Virus record (IMG/VR): IMGVR_UViG_2563366822_000008 | Origin: a virus | Lineage: Duplodnaviria > Heunggongvirae > Uroviricota > Caudoviricetes | Direction: 5' to 3' (one strand) | Length of the DNA: 24,713 bases | Shown: in pieces, positions 17,757-24,713 of the stretch | Numbering within the stretch: position 1 is the stretch's first letter | Layout: the number at the start of each line of letters is the position of its first letter | Notes under the pieces: generated by a model | Databases searched by the model: none | What the model saw: the letters and a program-made list of their open reading frames with translations, nothing else | What the model was told of the DNA's origin: nothing | Program-made: the position numbers and the translations under genes

Positions 17757-20700
17757 ATGGCAGTAAAGATTTCAGGTGTACTGAAAGACGGCACAGGAAA
17801 ACCGGTACAGAACTGCACAATCCAGCTGAAAGCAAAACGTAACAGCACCACGGTGGTGGTGAACACGGTGGCCTCTGAAAATCCGGATGAAGCCGGGCGT
17901 TACAGCATGGACGTTGAGTACGGTCAGTACAGCGTTATTCTGTTGGTGGAAGGCTTCCCGCCGTCACATGCCGGGACCATCACCGTGTATGAAGATTCTC
18001 AACCCGGTACGCTGAATGATTTTCTCGGTGCCATGACGGAGGATGATGCCCGTCCTGAGGCACTGCGCCGTTTTGAACTGATGGTGGAAGAGGTGGCGCG
18101 TAACGCGTCCGTGGTGGCACAGAACACGGCAGCCGCGAAGAAGTCAGCCAGTGATGCCAGCACATCTGCCCGTGAGGCGGCAACCCATGCGACTGATGCT
18201 GCAGGCTCAGCACGCGCAGCCAGCACGTCAGCCGGACAGGCCGCGTCGTCGGCTCAGTCAGCATCTTCCAGCGCAGGAACGGCATCAACAAAGGCCAGTG
18301 AAGCATCGAAAAGTGCTGCTGCTGCAGAGTCCTCAAAAAGCGCGGCAGCTACCAGTGCCGCTGCGGCGAAAACGTCAGAAACGAATGCGGCAGCGTCACA
18401 ACAATCAGCAGCCACTTCTGCATCCGCCGCGACCACGAAGGCGTCAGAAGCAGCCACCTCAGCCCGGGATGCGGCGGCCTCAAAAGAGGCAGCGAAATCA
18501 TCAGAAACGAACGCATCATCAAGCGCCAGTAGTGCCGCTTCCTCGGCAACGGCGGCAGGCAATTCCGCGAAGGCGGCAAAGACGTCTGAGACAAACGCCA
18601 GGTCTTCTGAAACGGCAGCGGGACAGAGCGCCTCGGCTGCGGCAGGCTCAAAAACAGCGGCTGCATCATCTGCCAGTGCCGCCTCAACAAGTGCCGGGCA
18701 GGCCTCAGCCAGTGCCACCGCTGCCGGAAAGTCGGCAGAAAGTGCCGCCTCGTCTGCTTCAACAGCCACAACGAAGGCTGGCAAAGCCACTGAACAGGCC
18801 AGTGCAGCAGCGAGGTCTGCTTCCGCAGCGAAGACATCCGAGACGAACGCGAAAGCGTCGGAAACCAGCGCAGAATCCTCAAAAACGGCTGCCGCATCGT
18901 CCGCCAGTTCGGCGGCTTCATCGGCATCATCGGCGTCAGCTTCAAAAGATGAGGCGACCAGACAGGCGTCAGCAGCGAAGGGCAGCGCCACGACAGCATC
19001 CACGAAGGCGACAGAGGCTGCTGGCAGTGCGACAGCGGCAGCACAGAGCAAAAGTACGGCAGAAACCGCGGCAACGCGCGCCGAGACAGCGGCAAAACGG
19101 GCAGAGGATATTGCATCCGCCGTGGCGCTTGAGGATGCGAGCACGACGAAAAAGGGGATAGTCCAGCTCAGTAGTGCGACCAACAGCACTTCCGAGTCAC
19201 AGGCGGCAACGCCAAAAGCCGTTAAGGCCGCGTATGACCTGGCTAACGGGAAATACACCGCACAGGATGCAACGACAGCACAGAAAGGGATAATCCAGTT
19301 AAGCAGCGCGACCAACAGCACGTCTGAAACGCTGGCGGCAACGCCAAAGGCAGTAAAAGCAGCCAATGACAATGCTGAGAAACGTCTGCAGAAAGATCAG
19401 AACGGTGCGGATATCCCTGGCAAAGATACCTTTACGAAAAATATTGGTGCCTGCCGTGCCTTCGGTGGGTCAGTAAGCACAACAACAGGAAACTGGACGA
19501 CTGCACAGTTTATCGAGTGGCTGGATTCTCAGGGAGCATTTAACCATCCCTACTGGATGTGCAAGGGGTCCTGGTCTTATGGCAATAATAAAATCATTAC
19601 TGATACTGACTGCGGTAATATTCATCTCGCCGGAGCTGTCATTGAAGTAATGGGGATAAAGTCAGCGATGACGATCCGCATTACCACACCGACCACCTCC
19701 ACTGGTGGTGGAACAACTAACGCCCAGTTTACCTATATTAATCACGGAACAGATTATTCACCTGGCTGGCGAAGGGACTATAACTCCAGAAATAAGCCAA
19801 CGGCATCAGAGATCGGGGCGTTACCGTCAGGTGGAACAGCAGTATCATCAGTTAATCTGGCTTCAAAAGGTCGGGTAACCGCGCTGACAGACAATACGCA
19901 GGGGGCAGCAGGTCTTGAGTTATACGAGGTGTATAACAACGGATATCCAACAGCGTATGGAAATATCATTCACCTGAAAGGGAGGACAGCCGTTGGCGAA
20001 GGTGAGTTACTCATCGGCTGGAGTGGTACAAGCGGTGCTCATGCTCCGGCATTTATTCGTTCACGACGGGATATGACCGACGCAAACTGGTCGCCGTGGG
20101 CGCAGCTTTACACCTCGGCTCATCCTCCTGCAGAGTTTTATCCAGTCGGTGCACCAATCCCGTGGCCATCAGATACCGTTCCGTCTGGTTATGCCCTGAT
20201 GCAGGGGCAGACTTTTGACAAATCTGCATACCCGAAACTTGCAGTTGCTTATCCGTCAGGCGTGATCCCTGATATGCGTGGCTGGACGATTAAGGGCAAG
20301 CCCGCCAGTGGTCGGGCCGTATTATCTCAGGAACAGGACGGCATTAAATCGCACACCCACAGCGCCAGCGCATCCAGTACGGATTTGGGGACGAAAACCA
20401 CATCGTCGTTTGATTACGGAACCAAATCCACGAATAACACCGGGGCGCATACCCATAGTATTAGCGGGACCGCAAATAGTGCCGGTGCGCACCAACACAA
20501 GAGTTCCGGTGCATTTGGTGGCACGAACACGAGCATTTTCCCTAATGGTTATACCGCGATTTCAAATCTAAGCGCGGGGATTATGAGCACAACAAGCGGT
20601 AGTGGCCAGACTCGTAATGCAGGGAAGACATCATCAGATGGTGCTCATACCCACTCGCTGTCCGGTACTGCTGCAAGCGCAGGCGCACATGCACATACTG

Positions 20701-20831
20701 TCGGTATTGGTGCTCATACGCACTCCGTTGCGATTGGTTCACATGGACACACCATCACCGTTAACGCTGCTGGTAACGCGGAAAACACCGTCAAAAACAT
20801 CGCATTTAACTATATTGTGAGGCTTGCATAA
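17757..20831 (+). CDS. stf: Side tail fibre protein Stf (about 1024 aa)
   Basis: N-terminus [26 protein letters not shown]... and the His-rich C-terminus (GAHTHS...[28 protein letters not shown]...[11 protein letters not shown]) match lambda Stf as recalled. Long Ala/Ser/Thr-rich centre. The GTG at 17751 offered by the track is less likely than ATG 17757. Confidence 0.85.
19150..19370 (+). repeat. Two tandem copies of a tail-fibre repeat unit (KGI[VI][21 protein letters not shown]) within stf
   Basis: Direct repeat seen at both protein and DNA level, first copy about 19150-19240 and second copy about 19280-19370, diverged at synonymous and some replacement sites. Confidence 0.8.
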
Positions 20832-21406
20832 TGGCATTCAGAATGAGTGAACAACCACGGACCATAAAAATTTATAATCTGCTGGCCGGAACTAATGAAT
20901 TTATTGGTGAAGGTGATGCATATATTCCGCCTCATACAGGTCTGCCAGCAAACAGTACCGATATTGCACCGCCAGATATTCCGGCTGGTTTCGTGGCTGT
21001 TTTCAACAGTGATGAGTCATCGTGGCATCTCGTTGAAGATCATCGGGGTAAAACGGTTTATGACGTGGCTTCCGGCGACGCGTTATTTATTTCTGAACTC
21101 GGTCCGTTACCGGAAAATGTTACCTGGTTATCGCCGGAAGGGGAGTTTCAGAAGTGGAACGGCACAGCCTGGGTGAAGGATACGGAAGCAGAAAAACTGT
21201 TCCGGATCCGGGAGGCGGAAGAAACAAAAAACAACCTGATGCAGGTAGCCAGTGAGCATATTGCGCCGCTTCAGGATGCTGCAGATCTGGAAATTGCAAC
21301 GGAGGAAGAAATCTCGTTGCTGGAAGCATGGAAAAAGTATCGGGTATTGCTGAACCGTGTTGATACGTCAACTGCACAGGATATTGAATGGCCAGCACTG
21401 CCGTAG
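20831..21406 (+). CDS. tfa: Tail fibre assembly protein Tfa
   Basis: 191 aa, near-identical by eye to lambda Tfa ([39 protein letters not shown]...). Start overlaps the stf stop (TAATG). Confidence 0.9.
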
Positions 21407-21482
21407 GGTAAAACATATAAATTCTATAATTAGATGTATCTTTCCATTTACGGCAAGGAAGGGGGCTTGGAAGACGTAAAGC

Positions 21483-21505
21483 ATCTCACACCGAGATTAT
21501 TTTTT
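21483..21505. terminator. Short hairpin plus T-tract at the convergent tfa / recombinase junction
   Basis: ATCTC-ACACC-GAGAT (21483-21497) followed by TATTTTTTAT. Weak 5-bp stem; the T-tract overlaps the recombinase stop codon. Confidence 0.3.
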
Positions 21506-22094
21506 ATATGTCAGGTGTCTGAAGTTTTGCTTTGGCTCTTAAAATGGTTTGCCGCGAGGTTTTGAATTCCCGGGCAATGGCACTTATACTTACACCTGAC
21601 TTAATTCGTTCGAATACCGCCTGTTTCTGTTCTTCATTTAACACAGGTGGTCGACCAAAACGTTTCCCTGCGCCGCGGGCTCTTACTATCCCGGAATGAG
21701 TGCGTTCAAGTAAAAGGTCTCGTTCAAATTCAGCGACTGCTGAAATTACTTGCATCATCATTTTTCCTGTTGGACTGGTCAGGTCAATGCCCCCCAATGC
21801 TAAGCAATGCACTCTGATACCTGTTTCGGTCAGTTGTTCCACTGTTTTCCTGATATCCATTGCATTACAACCAAGGCGATCCAGTTTTGTCACAATCAAT
21901 TGATCACCACATTTCAGGCGAGCAAGCAACCGGTTAAAACCAGGACGCTCACTGGTTGCTGCTGAGCCGCTAATGTGTTCTTCGATTATTTGCTGAGGTT
22001 TGATTTTAAAACCTGCACTTTCGATTTCCCGGCGTTGATTTTCGGTGGTCTGATCCAGCGTTGATATCCGACAGTAAGCAAAAATTCGAGACAT
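21504..22094 (-). CDS. pinQ: Serine recombinase (resolvase/invertase family), Pin-like
   Basis: 196 aa. N-terminal catalytic region with the nucleophile in YCRISTLDQ, and a C-terminal helix-turn-helix ([17 protein letters not shown]). The specific symbol is assigned from gene order (tfa-pin-small gene-MFS) and is uncertain; the family call is firm. Confidence 0.85.
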   Translation of the reverse strand: MSRIFAYCRISTLDQTTENQRREIESAGFKIKPQQIIEEHISGSAATSERPGFNRLLARLKCGDQLIVTKLDRLGCNAMDIRKTVEQLTETGIRVHCLALGGIDLTSPTGKMMMQVISAVAEFERDLLLERTHSGIVRARGAGKRFGRPPVLNEEQKQAVFERIKSGVSISAIAREFKTSRQTILRAKAKLQTPDI

Positions 22095-22231
22095 AGTGAG
22101 ACTCTATACGAAATTGGTGTTCATATCATAATGCATCTCAGAAAATAATTATGATTATTTTTGTGCATATTTGTATGTACACGTTCGAAAATAAACGAAT
22201 GCGTATGCAACTCCGTAATTTTGGTGAAACC

Positions 22232-22245
22232 CAAAATCGATTTTG
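22232..22245. promoter_or_regulatory. 14-bp perfect palindrome CAAAATCGATTTTG upstream of the recombinase gene
   Basis: Read directly; about 140 bp upstream of the pin start codon on the template side. A second inverted repeat AACTCG-N10-CGAGTT lies at 22260-22281. Confidence 0.3.
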
Positions 22246-22410
22246 TGAAAAATGGCTTTAACTCGGTTTGCTTTTCGAGTTCCGGGCGGACTCAAGGAAG
22301 AAGAATAGTGTTGCGTGTTATTTTAACCAGATTTCAAGTTGTTTGGTCGTGGAAAAGTGGAGCAAAATGTTGTTAAAGTGGAGAAATGATAAAAAAGTAA
22401 GTTTATTATA

Positions 22411-22644
22411 TTACATTTTACCATTTAAATTTTGGTTGTCTTTAAGAACTGATATCGCTGTTTGTAATAATTCTTTGTTATCCAGCCATGATTTTTTCTT
22501 TATGTTTCCTTCAATGTAATCAAGCAATGTTCTGGTATTGATAGGTCTTCCCTGTTTTGCTACTTCCACTACAGCATCCCCTAGGATAATTCTTACTTCA
22601 GGAAGCTGCGCAGGGAACCACTTTAGGGTGTCTTTTGATTTCAT
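22411..22644 (-). CDS. ydfK: Small prophage protein, YdfK/YnaE-like (77 aa)
   Basis: The ORF lies in an AT-rich segment. The internal ATG at 22644 has an AGGA RBS 8-9 nt upstream and gives 77 aa (MKSKDTLKWFPAQLPEV...); the track's longer 88-aa start at 22677 lacks an RBS. Naming rests on size and locus synteny recalled from E. coli K-12, not on a search. Confidence 0.5.
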   Translation of the reverse strand: MKSKDTLKWFPAQLPEVRIILGDAVVEVAKQGRPINTRTLLDYIEGNIKKKSWLDNKELLQTAISVLKDNQNLNGKM

Positions 22645-23150
22645 GAAGATATTCCTTAAAATATTATTGATTTTCATTGCGATATTGTATGTCTGATTCA
22701 GGATATGTTGACTTATACATCGGTTTTGTCTGGGTTATTGGATATGCCAATCCCTAATTTTATTAGGGCATGACTAAAAATGCTGAATATGATAAGGAGA
22801 GATGTGATTATCAGTATGCTGTTCATATAGCCTCGAATTAGTAATGTGTTATATATGATATAGTTGACAATTTTTATCTTGGGTGTTCTTAAAGTTCGTA
22901 AATAAACATTGTCGTTTCAGGTATACAGGAATGCTAACAGGTGGCAGCAAAAATCAGGCGGTTTATGGCGCAAGCTGAAGCGGCAACTGCAAACTATCTT
23001 ATGCAGAGACTCTACACGGATTGGGTTTAAAAGTATACATAGATAACAGTTTTTATCTGAAAAAGAAAAATATCAAGGTGATATAGCCTATATGCCTTTG
23101 ATGCGGAGGAATGAATGTGATGGGAGTGATGTATCTGAATAGTTGAAAAA

Positions 23151-23184
23151 CCGCAGACACGCCTTATGCAAGAACGTGCTGCGG
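23151..23184 (-). terminator. Hairpin followed by a T5 run on the - strand (candidate minus-strand terminator or leader structure)
   Basis: CCGCAG(A)CACG-N13-CGTGCTGCGG, a 10-bp stem with one bulge. On the - strand it is followed immediately by TTTTT (the + strand reads AAAAA at 23146-23150). Confidence 0.4.
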
Positions 23185-23429
23185 TTGGCTGGTAAATTTT
23201 TCGATAGTGTGAGTATTGAATGATTTCCAGCCGTTCTTGATTTTACGCATAAATCCATGAAAAAACTACTTATCTGTTGGGGAGTTTTTTTGGGGCATAT
23301 ATGGGACAGAAATAGGCCCCAGATAGACACTGAGATCGAACTTAGGATGCTTTTTAAAAAATGCAACTATCTGAAAAAACCTAGAAAACGCCAAGGAAAC
23401 CACAGGATGGGAAAAAACACCTGTGAATT

Positions 23430-24713
23430 ATGGATTTCCAGTTATATTCGCTCGGCGCAGCGTTGGTGTTTCATGAAATATTTTTTCCTGAATCATCAAC
23501 GGCAATGGCGTTAATTTTGGCAATGGGAACCTACGGTGCAGGTTATGTGGCGCGTATTGTCGGAGCATTTATTTTCGGCAAAATGGGCGACAGAATAGGG
23601 CGTAAAAAAGTGCTCTTTATTACCATCACCATGATGGGGATCTGTACCACCTTAATTGGTGTGTTACCGACCTATGCACAGATTGGTGTTTTTGCCCCCA
23701 TCTTGCTGGTGACGCTGCGTATTATTCAGGGGTTGGGTGCAGGTGCGGAAATTTCCGGTGCCGGTACGATGCTGGCGGAATATGCACCAAAAGGTAAGCG
23801 CGGAATTATCTCCTCATTTGTAGCTATGGGAACTAACTGCGGAACCTTGAGCGCAACGGCAATCTGGGCCTTTATGTTCTTCATTCTCAGTAAAGAGGAA
23901 CTGCTGGCGTGGGGATGGCGTATACCGTTCCTGGCGAGCGTTGTCGTGATGGTCTTTGCTATCTGGTTACGTATGAATCTGAAAGAAAGCCCGGTCTTTG
24001 AGAAGGTTAATGACAGCAACCAACCCACAGCAAAACCTGCACCTGCTGGTAGCATGTTCCAGAGCAAATCCTTCTGGCTGGCAACAGGGCTGCGTTTTGG
24101 TCAGGCGGGTAACTCCGGGTTAATTCAGACTTTCCTTGCAGGCTATTTAGTGCAGACGTTATTGTTTAACAAAGCAATTCCAACAGATGCATTGATGATT
24201 AGTTTGATTCTCGGCTTTATGACCATTCCGTTCCTTGGTTGGTTATCCGATAAAATTGGTCGCCGGATCCCGTATATTATTATGAATACCTCCGCGATTG
24301 TGCTGGCATGGCCAATGCTTTCTATCATTGTAGATAAAAGCTATGCCCCGAGCACCATTATGGTTGCACTGATTGTGATTCATAACTGTGCGGTGCTGGG
24401 ATTATTTGCTCTGGAAAACATTACCATGGCAGAAATGTTCGGCTGTAAAAACCGCTTTACCCGGATGGCTATTTCTAAAGAAATTGGTGGTCTTATCGCT
24501 TCCGGTTTTGGTCCTATCCTGGCGGGTATTTTCTGCACCATGACGGAATCCTGGTATCCGATCGCCATTATGATCATGGCATATTCAGTAATTGGTTTAA
24601 TCTCTGCGCTGAAAATGCCAGAGGTGAAAGACCGTGATTTAAGTGCGCTGGAAGACGCTGCGGAAGATCAACCGCGTGTTGTAAGAGCTGCGCAACCTTC
24701 CAGAAGTCTGTAA
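23430..24713 (+). CDS. ydfJ: MFS transporter (metabolite:H+ symporter-like), N-terminally truncated; candidate host gene interrupted by the prophage
   Basis: 427 aa with multiple hydrophobic helices and the MFS signature GKMGDRIGRKK after the first helix present. In intact family members this motif follows TM2, so about one helix plus the N-terminus appears to be missing. The symbol is a context-based guess. Confidence 0.8.
   Translation: MDFQLYSLGAALVFHEIFFPESSTAMALILAMGTYGAGYVARIVGAFIFGKMGDRIGRKKVLFITITMMGICTTLIGVLPTYAQIGVFAPILLVTLRIIQGLGAGAEISGAGTMLAEYAPKGKRGIISSFVAMGTNCGTLSATAIWAFMFFILSKEELLAWGWRIPFLASVVVMVFAIWLRMNLKESPVFEKVNDSNQPTAKPAPAGSMFQSKSFWLATGLRFGQAGNSGLIQTFLAGYLVQTLLFNKAIPTDALMISLILGFMTIPFLGWLSDKIGRRIPYIIMNTSAIVLAWPMLSIIVDKSYAPSTIMVALIVIHNCAVLGLFALENITMAEMFGCKNRFTRMAISKEIGGLIASGFGPILAGIFCTMTESWYPIAIMIMAYSVIGLISALKMPEVKDRDLSALEDAAEDQPRVVRAAQPSRSL

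Noticed and set aside
18151-19372. Long Arg/Pro/Gln-rich + strand ORF (18151-19161) and Ala-rich - strand ORFs (18254-19372, 18349-19116) within stf
   Set aside because: These are alternative-frame products of the repetitive GCN/AGC-rich stf centre. The stf frame is continuous and matches lambda Stf at both ends.
21553-21571. gix/hix-like sequence (CGAGGTTTTGAA) as a recombination crossover site
   Set aside because: It sits inside the recombinase coding region and I found no inverted partner in the window. It is noted under the orphan-recombinase finding but not called as a site.
22161-22519. Two overlapping + strand ORFs (71 and 83 aa) between the recombinase and the ydfK-like gene
   Set aside because: Cys/Phe-rich and Leu/Phe-rich AT-driven translations with no RBS, overlapping the 3' end of the - strand gene.
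23257-23514. 85-aa + strand ORF (MKKLLICWGVFLG...) upstream of and overlapping the transporter start
   Set aside because: No ribosome-binding site, a different frame from the transporter, and basic low-complexity composition; more likely chance in AT-rich DNA. It cannot be excluded as a small protein without expression data.
1-24713. CRISPR array, tRNA or rRNA genes
   Set aside because: No regularly spaced direct repeats with unique spacers and no cloverleaf-like or rRNA-like segments were seen. The only tandem repeats are the short in-gene repeats listed as features.

Overview
The window is the late (morphogenesis) arm of a lambda-like prophage together with its junction to the host chromosome. 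Reading left to right on the + strand: the 3' end of an IS3-family transposase (1-219) sits directly in front of the 3' two-thirds of a terminase large-subunit gene, so the terminase is IS-disrupted; then a gpW-like head completion gene, a portal gene, a single long ORF fusing a ClpP-like prohead protease to a major capsid domain, a small putative decoration gene and an FII-like gene; then an almost canonical lambda tail cassette Z-U-V-G/T-H-M-L-K-I-J, followed by lom, stf and tfa. A serine recombinase (Pin-like) and a small ydfK-like gene lie on the - strand in an AT-rich segment, and the window ends in an N-terminally truncated MFS transporter gene, which I read as the host gene interrupted by the prophage (this matches the Qin locus layout of E. 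coli K-12 from memory, but with an intact tail module). No rRNA, tRNA or CRISPR array was seen. I did not find a self-contained novel multi-gene system; the things worth a second look are the IS-disrupted terminase, a non-canonical G-T frameshift heptamer, a G-quadruplex-type (GGGGGC)5 repeat inside gene G, a compositionally distinct J C-terminus, an expanded Stf, an apparently orphan recombinase beside the tail-fibre genes, and the AT-rich pin-ydfK-transporter junction with its palindromes and hairpins. All homology statements rest on recall of lambda protein sequences and on motifs read by eye, not on database searches.
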